DNA from: Desulfobacterales bacterium
GTDB lineage: Bacteria > Desulfobacterota > Desulfobacteria > Desulfobacterales > UBA2174
DNA length: 64,000 nt
NCBI GenBank assembly: GCA_963668645.2
Contig: CAXXWC010000010.1
Span: 384,001 to 448,000, forward strand
Direction of reading: 5' to 3'
In this document: one piece after another, positions 1 through 8,833 of the stretch
Position numbering within the stretch: the first letter of the stretch is position 1
Layout of the letters: every line of letters starts with the position of its first letter
Position numbers and translations under genes: made by a program
The notes under the pieces: model-generated
Told to the model about the DNA's origin: nothing
Database searches by the model: none
What the model saw: only the letters and a program-made list of their open reading frames with translations

Positions 1-28
1 GCCATGAGGCTCTTATCATCGGGCGCAT
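1..28 (-). CDS. 5' end of a minus-strand gene running off the window
   Basis: Reverse strand reads GAAAGGAACCTCC-ATG CGC CCG ATG ATA..., an RBS-like GAAAGGA before an ATG at 28; only 9 codons visible. Confidence 0.35.
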
Positions 29-181
29 GGAGGTTCCTTTCAGGGCCGCAGGATTAACGGTTATCGCGCTCATCATCCAAGCCACCACCGACGAAGTGGG
101 ATCTTTGACCGGAAAGCTTGGGCAACTGCCCTGTGTGCGCGTCAAAACCAGTTTCCTGTGACAGGGAGAAAAGAGACACGC

Positions 182-2302
182 ATGCAAAATATTAGCGCCA
201 GCAAAAATCCCTCTCGGATGACCGCCACAACCGTGCCGGCGGTCATGTTTCTTGCAATCTTTATCGGCTTGGCATGGTCCCCAGCCCGGGCTGAATCGGC
301 TTCCACGGACGAGACCCAGGCCGCGGCACAGCTCGAACCGATGGTGGTCACGGCCCGCGGCAGCGCGCGGCCGGTTTCGCTCACCGCCGGCGGGGTCGGA
401 GTGATCACCGCCGAAGAGATCGAGCGGCTGCAGTGCGAAACCGTTTCCGATATCCTGCGGCACATTCCCGGCCTCGAAAAAATTTCCGATTCGCCCTGGG
501 GGCCGGAGATGAGCATCCGCGGCCTGGGGCGCAACAGCATCGTGTTCCTGGTGGACGGCTGCCGGGTGAACACGGCCACGGACATCAACGCCCAGTTCGG
601 GCTGATCAACCCCGGGGACATCGAGCGTATCGAGGTGCTCAAGGGGCCGATCAGCGCCCTGTACGGCTCGGGCTCCATCGGCGGAGTGGTCAACATCATC
701 ACCAAAAAGGGGCATTTCACCGCCGAACCGGATGTCAACGGTGAGGTGGCCTGGCGCTACGCCGACAACCCCCGGGGGATGGAGACTTACGCCAACGTGG
801 CCGGCCAGGGCCCGCGCCTGAGTCTTTTCGCCTCCGGCGCCTACCGGGACTATGACGACCGGGTGGCCGGCGGCGGCGACACCATCGCCAACAGCCAGTT
901 CCGCGACCAGCACCTCAAGGTGGCCGGCGCCTGGCGCTGGAGCGGCACCCAGACCACCGATCTCCAGGCCCAGTACGCCGAAGGCTACGATATCGGCATT
1001 CCCGGCAAGGGTCTGTCGCTGCCGGTGGGACCGGACGTCACCTACCCGCGCGTGAGCCGCTCGCTGCTCGACCTGGTCCACACGGTGACCCCCGAAACCG
1101 GTCTGCTGCGGTCGTCCGAGGTCAAGGTCTATCTTCAGGAGATCCAGCGCCGGGTGCGCATCGACAATTTCCCCGCCGGCTCGCCCGCGGTCAAAAACGA
1201 GCCGAGCGCCGATCACCAAACCGCAGGCTTCAAGTGGACCAACCAGATCGAGTGGGAGGATCATGCCGCGGTGGTGGGCATCGATATCTGGCGCTGGAAG
1301 ATCGATAACACCGAACGGGTCAAGACCTTGGCCAGTGGTGCAGTGGGCGTCGACAGCTCCCTTGGCAACGTCTCCCAGGAGACTTACGGCCTTTTCGCCG
1401 AGGAAGACTGGCAGGCCACACAACGCCTGGCACTGAATCTGGGGGCACGCGTGGATGCGGTCAAATCCGAGTGCGACACCCTCTACAACTGGATCAAGCC
1501 GCCCGGCGCAGCCATCGTCCCGACCCTCAAGCGGCTGGGCGAAACCAACAACGACATGAGCTGGCAGGCCCACGCCGGTCTGACCTGGCAGGCGGCCGAG
1601 GACTGGTCGGTGACGTTGCTGGCCGCCTCGAGCTACCGGGTGCCGGATGTGATGGACCGCTACAAGTACATCAACCTGGGCGGAGGCGTCGAACTTTACG
1701 GCAATCCGGACCTCGATCCGGAGCGTTCGGTGTTCCTGGAAACCGGCCTGCACTGGAGCACCGGCCAATGGCGGGTTTCGGCCTCCGTTTACGCCAATTT
1801 TCTCAAAGACCTGATCACCGAAAAATACCTCAGCACCACGGTGATTCAGCTTGCCAATGTGGATCGCGCCAACATCTTCGGCAGCGAACTGGAGGGGAGC
1901 TGGCGTTTCCACCCGGACTGGGAGGCCTTCGGGGATATCGCCTGGACCGAAGGGCGCAACGAAACCCTCGACGAGCCTCTGGCCTTCATCGCACCGCTAA
2001 ACGGGCGCCTCGGCCTCGGCTACCGGCCCGGCAGCAAGGATGGGTTCTGGGCCGAGGCCGAACTGGAGTGGGCCGCGACCCAGGATTCGGTGCCGGCCGG
2101 CGTGGCCGAAACGCCAAGCTGGGAGACGCTCAACCTGCGGGCCGGCTACCGCTTCAGCGCCCTCGGCCTGTCCCACGCGGTCAGCGCCGAGGTGACCAAC
2201 ATCTTTGACGCCACCTACCGCAACCACCTGTCCACCAGCCGCGGCATTGAACTCAAGGAAGCCGGCATCGGCGCCGCATGCCAGTGGAAAGTCGCCTTCT
2301 GA
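182..2302 (+). CDS. TonB-dependent outer-membrane receptor
   Basis: Signal peptide, TonB-box-like 'PMVVTA', plug motif 'IERIEVLKGPISALYGSGSIGGVVNIITK', 'YRVP..GNPDLDPERS', C-terminal F. Start could be 158, 182 or 218. Confidence 0.93.
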   Translation: MQNISASKNPSRMTATTVPAVMFLAIFIGLAWSPARAESASTDETQAAAQLEPMVVTARGSARPVSLTAGGVGVITAEEIERLQCETVSDILRHIPGLEKISDSPWGPEMSIRGLGRNSIVFLVDGCRVNTATDINAQFGLINPGDIERIEVLKGPISALYGSGSIGGVVNIITKKGHFTAEPDVNGEVAWRYADNPRGMETYANVAGQGPRLSLFASGAYRDYDDRVAGGGDTIANSQFRDQHLKVAGAWRWSGTQTTDLQAQYAEGYDIGIPGKGLSLPVGPDVTYPRVSRSLLDLVHTVTPETGLLRSSEVKVYLQEIQRRVRIDNFPAGSPAVKNEPSADHQTAGFKWTNQIEWEDHAAVVGIDIWRWKIDNTERVKTLASGAVGVDSSLGNVSQETYGLFAEEDWQATQRLALNLGARVDAVKSECDTLYNWIKPPGAAIVPTLKRLGETNNDMSWQAHAGLTWQAAEDWSVTLLAASSYRVPDVMDRYKYINLGGGVELYGNPDLDPERSVFLETGLHWSTGQWRVSASVYANFLKDLITEKYLSTTVIQLANVDRANIFGSELEGSWRFHPDWEAFGDIAWTEGRNETLDEPLAFIAPLNGRLGLGYRPGSKDGFWAEAELEWAATQDSVPAGVAETPSWETLNLRAGYRFSALGLSHAVSAEVTNIFDATYRNHLSTSRGIELKEAGIGAACQWKVAF

Positions 2303-2521
2303 TCATTCGTGGGAATGGTCGTGGGCACCGTGCGCATCCCCGGCGTGGTCGTGGTCGTGCACGTCCGCCGCACCGCCGTGGGTGTGGGGATGGCTGTGCT
2401 GATGGTCGTGGGCGTGGCTGTGATCGTGCGCATGGCTGTGGACCGTATCGCCGTGGGCATGCGCGTGCTCATGGTGATGCGTGTGCTCGTGGCTGTGCTG
2501 GTGTTCGTGCTTGCCTTCCAT
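2303..2521 (-). CDS. Histidine-rich (HxHxH) miniprotein, putative metal storage/chaperone
   Basis: 72 aa, about 29 His mostly in (Hx)n runs; strong RBS AGGGAGG upstream; stop codon abuts the TonB receptor stop (TGATCA). Confidence 0.8.
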   Translation of the reverse strand: MEGKHEHQHSHEHTHHHEHAHAHGDTVHSHAHDHSHAHDHQHSHPHTHGGAADVHDHDHAGDAHGAHDHSHE

Positions 2522-2662
2522 GGCACCCTCCCTTTGAAGTGCGTCCTTTAGGGGGCCGGTCTGGCAACGGCAGCCGGCCGCGTCGGTCCTGATTCGAATT
2601 ATTGAAGCCTTTGATTAAAAAGTCAATTCAATCCGAATCGAAGTGGCCGGCAGAAAGAATCG

Positions 2663-2692
2663 TTGACAATTTGCTTGAGTGTGGTGTAAGGG
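2663..2692 (+). promoter_or_regulatory. Putative sigma70 promoter of the second TonB receptor operon
   Basis: Exact TTGACA at 2663-2668; only a weak -10 (TGTAAG/TAAGGG). Confidence 0.45.
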
Positions 2693-2811
2693 AGTCAGTC
2701 AGCACTAAACGCTTAATTTTCGCCAAATAAAGTTGGCTTTCAGGAGAATCTCCAACAAGGCGGCTGAAGCCCCTGGCGTAACAAGATTACCTGGAAGCAT
2801 CGGTTTCGTGC

Positions 2812-2870
2812 AAAGCCATGAAGGCTTTTTCGCAGTGAATGCGGAACAGCCTCATGGCTTTTGTGTTTTT
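2812..2870 (+). terminator. Leader attenuator/intrinsic terminator hairpin (motif copy 1)
   Basis: AAAGCCATGAAGGCT...AGCCTCATGGCTTTT followed by TGTGTTTTT, inside the 5' leader of the 3140 gene. Confidence 0.7.
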
Positions 2871-3139
2871 AACCCGCCACCCGTACTCGGAAAAAAGGAG
2901 GTGATACGCCAAGACCCCTAAAGGAAGAAAGAGGCGGGGAAAGGCAGTCCGCTCCGGCCAGAGTCTGAGACTGCCCCTCCCCCAAAGCCCCCTTGGTGAG
3001 GCGGGGTGCTTCGCCGTTTTGTCTAACGCGGCCAGCCCCCTGCTGTCAACAGAGCACCCACCCGCTTTTCCTGCGCTGCCGGCTCACCAAGCCCGGGCAT
3101 TACCGGTATTTTCAAACATTCGGGAGGAGAAACATTCAG

Positions 3140-5185
3140 ATGCAAAAGATGCTCAGGGCCTGCCTGGGCCTTGCGGTAGGCGGCGTGTTCGGATTGATGG
3201 CCGCCTCTGCGGCAACGGCAAGCCAGACGGATCAGACCACCTATCAACTTGAAGAGGTCGTCGTCCATGCGCACCCGGTCAGCCAGGAGGGACTGGTGGT
3301 GGAACCGGATGTCACCATCATCAACGTGGAAAAATTTAAAAAGCCCGGACGGATAGAAAATATCACCGACATCCTGGGCGAAGTGATCGGGATCAACGTG
3401 ATGCAATCCTCGGTGACCCCGGCCCAGAATGAAGGCGTCTATATCCGAGGCATGGACCAGTCCCGCTTCCAGGTCTTTATGGACGGGCGGCCGATGCGCC
3501 TGCACGGCAGCAACGGTTATTTCAAGATGGACTGGACCACCATGCCCCTGACCAACGTGGAAACCATCGAGGTCATTCGCGGCAGCCATTCGCTCTTGTT
3601 CCCCTTCGCCCAGGGCGGGTGCATCAACATCATCACCAAGAAAGGGGTGAAAACCGGCGACCCGACCCCGCATGGCAGCGTCAAATTCGGTGTCGGGCCT
3701 TACGGCGACCAAAACAGCAGCGCCAACCTGAACGGCGGTATCGGCAACGTTTTCGGCTACGCCATTTCCGCCGGCCACCGGGAAGGGGACGGCTACCTGC
3801 GCGGCAACGATTACAATACCGACAATGTGAGCGGAAGATTTTCACTCTTTCTTCCGAACAACGGAACACTCACCTACGGCATCGACCACACGGACACGGT
3901 GACCGGATACGCGGTCATCAACGATCCGGACGATCCGGCCTCCGATTACGATCCGAGCTATCCCATCGTGCGCGCCGGTGATGTGGACACCTTCAGCCAT
4001 GACTATGAAGGCACGGCCTATGCCGGCGGCAAAAACCAGTGGGAGCGCACGGTCACGGACCAGAGCCTGCTCATCGACCAGCCCCTTTCGGTAGGTAAAA
4101 TCCGCGGGCAAGTCTACCAGCAGCGGTCGGAAAGGTACCGTTACCGCCACAACGCCAGCGGGGTCGATCAGTCCAACTTCAAAAACGAGTACACTGGCGG
4201 GATTTCCCTCAACTACCTGGGGTTCGATCTGATCCCGCAGCACGCCTTGTCGGTCGGCGGCGACTACCGCAATCAGGGAACCTATGACAACACGGACTAC
4301 TACCGTATCGCCACGGTTTTCATTCAGGATGTATGGGACCTGACTTCGTCGGCCAGCCTGACCTTCGGCACCCGCTGGTACGAATTCAAAAGCGACAGCT
4401 ATACCGCCGTCACCCTGGAAGAAGACACCCACGTCGAACGCGAATGGTGCCCCAAGGCCCGTCTGAACTATAATTACGACGATACCCTTGAATTGTACGC
4501 CTCGGCGAGCCGGGAGATGCGCTTGCCTTGAATTTGAGATCTTTGGAGATGGGCCCGGTCCGGGTCCGAAGAAGAATACGCCAAGGCAAATCCCGAATTC
4601 AAAACCGAAACCTCCTGGACTTACGAGATCGGGGCAACCAAAATGCTCCCCGCGGGAATCACCCTTTCCACGGCTCTCTATTACACCGACATCAGCGACT
4701 ACCAGCAGCATAACTACATCAGCGGCGCCACATCGTCTCTTGTCTACAACATCGACATGACGGTCTGGGGCTTTGAAGTCGGGCTGTCCCGCAGCTTCAG
4801 CCACGACCTGAGCGGTTACGCAGGATATACCTACATGGACTGGGATGCGGAAAGCCATCCCATGGATACCGCAAACACCCACTACTTCCTGCAGGCCTTG
4901 CCGAATCACAAGGCCGTCATGGGGCTGAACTACAAGCTCTGGGAAGGCGGCCTGGTCAGCCTCAACGCGAAGTATTACAGCAGCCGCCTGAGCAAGAAGA
5001 GGGACCGCATGGAACCGGTGCTGATCGTGGATGCCGGTGCCGAGCACACTTTTGAGCTCCCCATGGACACCAGTCTAACCCTGAAAGGCTACGTCAACAA
5101 CGTGACCGACCAGGATTACCAGTTGCACTACGGCTACGATATGCCCGGTGTTACCGCGGGCATTTCGGCAACGCTGAACTTTTAA
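3140..5185 (+). CDS. TonB-dependent receptor with two in-frame TGA codons (candidate selenoprotein, UxU)
   Basis: RBS GGAGGAG then ATG 3140. ORFs 2993-4531 and 4643-5185 are in the same frame. The bridge reads RLP-*-I-*-DLWRWARSGSEEEYAKANPEFKTETSWTYEIG, the canonical FRAP/NPxL region. Plug motif 'VETIEVIRG..GGCINIITK'; ends in F. Confidence 0.88.
4551..4567 (+). promoter_or_regulatory. Candidate bacterial SECIS hairpin
   Basis: GGGCCC-GGTCC-GGGTCC; loop begins with G, 19 nt after the second TGA and 25 nt after the first; GGUC as in the E. coli fdhF SECIS loop. Confidence 0.6.
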
Positions 5186-5383
5186 CCGGACTGGCACAAC
5201 GGCGGCGATGCGCGCGCAAGGCGGTGCGCATCGCTCCCGCTGGTCCCCCGGCAAAACGACGGCCGTGAAGATGTCCGCGGAAGACGTGGATTTTACCCCT
5301 GTTGGATCCACGGACAGTACAAACATGACCATAGGCAGCGGTGGGTTGCCGCTGAAAAAGATCAACCGGCGAAAAGGAGTAGA

Positions 5384-6313
5384 TTGCCGAAAATGATACA
5401 TCCAAGCAGAGGGCGCACCTCGAAAATGCCGCTTTATCTGACCGCCTTATGCGTGATGGCCATAATCTCCTTGCCTGCCATGGCCCACGCGGCGCTCAAA
5501 GGCACTGGCAGGTGCTACGTCATCGGGGTCGGACCGGCAGGGCCGGAGCATGCCACCGGCAAGGCCATTGAATGCATCCGCAAAGCGGACGTCATATTTT
5601 GCTCGGAGAATATTCGCTCGCACTTTGCCGAATATTTGGAGGGCAAAACCATCCTCGGAAACCCGTGGCGAGGCAAATTCAAGCATAAACATCCCAATGA
5701 GTTGGAATCATCAGGGCCCGAGGCCAAACAGGCCTATCGCGAAGAAAGGTTCCAGTTCTGGGATGAAACCGCCGCCAGAATCCGGCAGGAAGTCGCCCAG
5801 GGGAAAACCGTTGCCATTCTCGACAGCGGCGATCCCTGCGTATTCGGCCCGTCTCATCGAATCATCGAGGGCCTAAGCGAAGACGAGTTCGAGATCATCC
5901 CCGGGCTGGGCTGCTTCCAGGCCGCCATGGCGGCTTTGAAAAAATCGTCCATCCCGGCTTATGATACACGCTTTGTCATGCTTACAGCCCCTGTTTTTTT
6001 GTTCGGAAAACCGCAAGACGAGGCCATCCTCCGGGATCTTTCCAAATACCCGGTTACCATCGGTTTCTACATGGCTCTCAAACACGCCGATACGCTCATG
6101 GCCACCCTGTCAAAGTACTACCCCGGCGATCTTCCCGTGGCCGTGGTGTACTACGCCGGATACCCCGAAAAGGAGAAAGTCATCAAAGGCACGCTGAATA
6201 CCATCCTGACAGACATCAAGGATGAAAAGGACAACTGGATGGGCATCATGATCATCGGCCGCTGCCTCGAAGGTCAGCCGCAACGGGGAATGGTCAAACA
6301 TATGTCACAGTGA
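5384..6313 (+). CDS. Tetrapyrrole (precorrin-4 C11, CobM/CbiF-like) methyltransferase homolog with N-terminal signal peptide
   Basis: 'YVIGVGPAGPEHAT..A...I..ADVI', 'LDSGDPCVFG', 'IIPG', 'PVAVVYYAGYPEKEKVIKGTL'; hydrophobic leader ending AMAHA. Confidence 0.85.
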   Translation: MPKMIHPSRGRTSKMPLYLTALCVMAIISLPAMAHAALKGTGRCYVIGVGPAGPEHATGKAIECIRKADVIFCSENIRSHFAEYLEGKTILGNPWRGKFKHKHPNELESSGPEAKQAYREERFQFWDETAARIRQEVAQGKTVAILDSGDPCVFGPSHRIIEGLSEDEFEIIPGLGCFQAAMAALKKSSIPAYDTRFVMLTAPVFLFGKPQDEAILRDLSKYPVTIGFYMALKHADTLMATLSKYYPGDLPVAVVYYAGYPEKEKVIKGTLNTILTDIKDEKDNWMGIMIIGRCLEGQPQRGMVKHMSQ

Positions 6314-6326
6314 AAGGAAATCCGGA

Positions 6327-7088
6327 ATGAAAAAGCTTTTCCCCGTTTTTCTGGTTTTAACTGCGGTGTTGGCCGCTTCCAGCGCCTGGGGCCACATGCT
6401 TTGGATCAATGCCAGCGACTACGCACCTCGGATCGGCCAATCGGTTCAGATCGAAATCGCCTGGGGGCACAAGTTCCCGAAAGACGAGATCGTCAAGGCG
6501 GACCGTCTGGCCCGGGTCTATGCGCTGGCGCCCAACGGGGCCACCGCCCCGCTCAAGCAGCTTTCCACCGGCCGATATGAACTGGCCACCGACCAGCAGG
6601 GAGCCTACCTGGTCTATGCCGAGGTGCAGCCCGGCGTCTATACCAAGACCACGGATGGATACAAACGCCAGAACAAGAAGGGGTTGGACAACGCCGTGCA
6701 TTGCGTCAGTTACGACATGCGGGCCAAGGCCGTGATCACCGCAGGCGGCCTCGATCAGGGCATGAACCGTGAGATGAACGATCTGATTGAAATCTTGCCC
6801 CTGGCCAACCCGGCAGTTTTAAAAGAAGGCGACACGCTTCCGGTAAAGATTCTGCTCAAAGGGGAACCCCTGGCTCGCGATTTCATTCACGCCACCTACG
6901 CCGGTTTTTCCGATGAAGGTGAAACCTTCGCCTTTTCAACCATGGTCAACCGGGAGGGGACGGCGAACATTAAGATCCTCAAGCCTGGCCAGTGGTTGAT
7001 TAAAGTCCCGCACAAAGGCCCGTATCCGGACCGGGAGGCGTGTGACGAAAACTTTTTTTGCATGACGCTAACCTTCGGGATCAAATGA
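6327..7088 (+). CDS. DUF4198-family periplasmic protein (Ni/Co uptake associated)
   Basis: Signal peptide ending AWG, mature N-terminus HMLWI, 'WGHKFP', 'EILPLANP', 'GQWLIKVPH'. Confidence 0.85.
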   Translation: MKKLFPVFLVLTAVLAASSAWGHMLWINASDYAPRIGQSVQIEIAWGHKFPKDEIVKADRLARVYALAPNGATAPLKQLSTGRYELATDQQGAYLVYAEVQPGVYTKTTDGYKRQNKKGLDNAVHCVSYDMRAKAVITAGGLDQGMNREMNDLIEILPLANPAVLKEGDTLPVKILLKGEPLARDFIHATYAGFSDEGETFAFSTMVNREGTANIKILKPGQWLIKVPHKGPYPDREACDENFFCMTLTFGIK

Positions 7089-7089
7089 A

Positions 7090-8030
7090 ATGACCGCCAC
7101 CTCCATACGCCAATCCGCCCGCACCTGTCTGATATCGGCCGCGGCTGTTGCTGTTCTTGTTTGCCTCCTCGTTTGCCAGTCTGCAGCATGGGGCCGGGGC
7201 CATTTTTATGTCATCGGTACCGGCCCTGCCGGACCTCAGACCGCTACACTGCAAGCCCTGGAAACCATGAAGCAGATGGATGCGATTGTGGCATCCGATC
7301 AGCATGCCAAGCTTTTCACGTCTTACATTGACCGCAAATCCGTCCTGTTCGATCCGTGGAGTGGACTTTGGGACTATCGGGGGAAAAAAACCAGCGAACT
7401 CGATGAGCAGGAAAAAGCCGCGTTCAAGGTGGAACGCTTCAGGTTGAGGGACGAACGCGTCGAGCAGATCAAGGCCCTTTTGGCCCAGGGCAAGGACGTG
7501 GGCCTGCTCGACTCGGGCAATCCATGCCTGTTCGGTCCCAGTCACTGGTATGTGGAGCACTTCGATCCCCGGGACGTGGTGATTATTCGGGCATGGGCTG
7601 CGACGCAGCCGCCATGGCGGCCCTGGGCAAAAGCACGATTCCATCCTACGACACCCGGTTTGTGATGCAGGCCAGTCCCGCCTTTTTAAGGGATCGAGCG
7701 GGCAAAGAGCCGTCGAAGCTGGAAGACGGTCAAATCCTCAAAGACCTGGCCCGCTACCCCACCACGATGATTCTTTACATGGCCTTGCACGATCCGCCGA
7801 AACTGTTTGCCTCCCTGGGCAAAGTACTTCCCCCCGACATGCCCTGCGCCGTGGTCTTCTGGGCGGGATATCCAGACCGGCAACGGATCGTGCGGGGAAC
7901 GGTGGCCGATATGGGACAAAAATTAGCCAATGAAAACGAAAAATTCATGGGGCTGCTTTTTATCGGACGGTTTCTCGATGGCAAGCCGTACGAAGGCGCC
8001 ATGAAACGCCTGCAAGCCAAAAGCGAGTAA
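7090..8030 (+). pseudogene. Second CobM/CbiF-like methyltransferase homolog with signal peptide, frameshifted near 7589
   Basis: 7090-7665 gives the N-half (YVIGTGPAGP, LDSGNPCLFGP) and 7524-8030 the C-half (KSTIPSYDTRFVM, AGYP). ATT-CG-GGC is one base short relative to the paralog's ATC-CCC-GGG (IIPG). Could be a sequencing error. Confidence 0.8.
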
Positions 8031-8232
8031 CCGGGCGCCGGATTGGCATCAGGCTCAACCCGGGTTGAAAAACTGACAAGCGCAGCAACGTCCTTTCGGC
8101 CCCGAACGGCCCGATGGTTAAACGTTGTGAGGCACAAGCATCTTGACATCATTTGAGCCGGGGTGAGATGCTTTCCTTGTCTTTGGCTGACCGGCCACCG
8201 CCGGGTCATGGATGCCTGTCTGAAAGGAGCGC

Positions 8233-8802
8233 TTGAGCATGAAAATTTACACGGGCAGCGGCGACAAGGGCAAGACGAGTCTTTTCAGCGGTGAGCGGAT
8301 CGCCAAGTCCGACCGGCGCATCGCCGCTTACGGCGATGTGGACGAACTCAACAGCATCCTGGGCATGCTGATCGCGGTGATGCCCGAAAAGCTGGCCGCA
8401 TGCCGCAATCTTCTGAGCGGCATCCAAAGCGATCTGCTCCACGTCGGCGCCTGGCTGGCCACCACGCCCGGGGCCCGGGCGGCCGGGCATCTCAAACCCT
8501 TCGACGATGACCGGGCCGCCGCCCTGGAAGCCGCCATCGACGCCATGGACGCCGAACTGCCGCCGCTGAAGCAGTTCGTCCTGCCCGGGGGGCATCCCGC
8601 AGCCTGCTGGGCCCACATGGCGCGAACGGTCTGCCGGCGGGCCGAACGCCTGGCCGTTGCCCGGGTGTCCGAAACGCCGGACGGTGGCAAGGGGCTGATT
8701 CCGATCCTGATCTACCTCAATCGTCTCTCGGATTACCTCTTCGTCCTGGCACGGTTCTGCAATCATACCATGGAGGTTGCCGAATCGCGTTGGGAGGACT
8801 GA
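8233..8802 (+). CDS. pduO: ATP:cob(I)alamin adenosyltransferase, PduO type
   Basis: 'KIYTGSGDKGKTSL', 'YGDVDELNS', 'FVLPGG', 'ARTVCRRAER', 'YLNRLSDYLFVLAR'. Confidence 0.93.
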   Translation: MSMKIYTGSGDKGKTSLFSGERIAKSDRRIAAYGDVDELNSILGMLIAVMPEKLAACRNLLSGIQSDLLHVGAWLATTPGARAAGHLKPFDDDRAAALEAAIDAMDAELPPLKQFVLPGGHPAACWAHMARTVCRRAERLAVARVSETPDGGKGLIPILIYLNRLSDYLFVLARFCNHTMEVAESRWED

Positions 8803-8804
8803 GC

Positions 8805-8833
8805 TTGACACCCCATCCCATCTTTCTTATTTA
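8805..8833 (+). promoter_or_regulatory. Putative sigma70 promoter of the ABC operon
   Basis: TTGACA-17 nt-TATTTA. Confidence 0.5.

Noticed and set aside
2309..2551. Val/Met-rich plus-strand ORF
   Set aside because: Antisense shadow of the His-rich gene, which has the RBS
2700..3139. Cobalamin or Moco riboswitch in the leaders
   Set aside because: No B12-box/GGGAA-GCCACTG core seen; only a short resemblance (CCCGTA..GGAAA..GGAG) to the Moco motif 3' end; cmscan is needed
4529..4643. Reading the 3140 receptor as a frameshifted pseudogene, or TGA as Trp/Gly (codes 4/25)
   Set aside because: Both parts share one frame with no indel; many neighbouring genes end in TGA with coupled ATGA/TGATG starts, so TGA is a normal stop here
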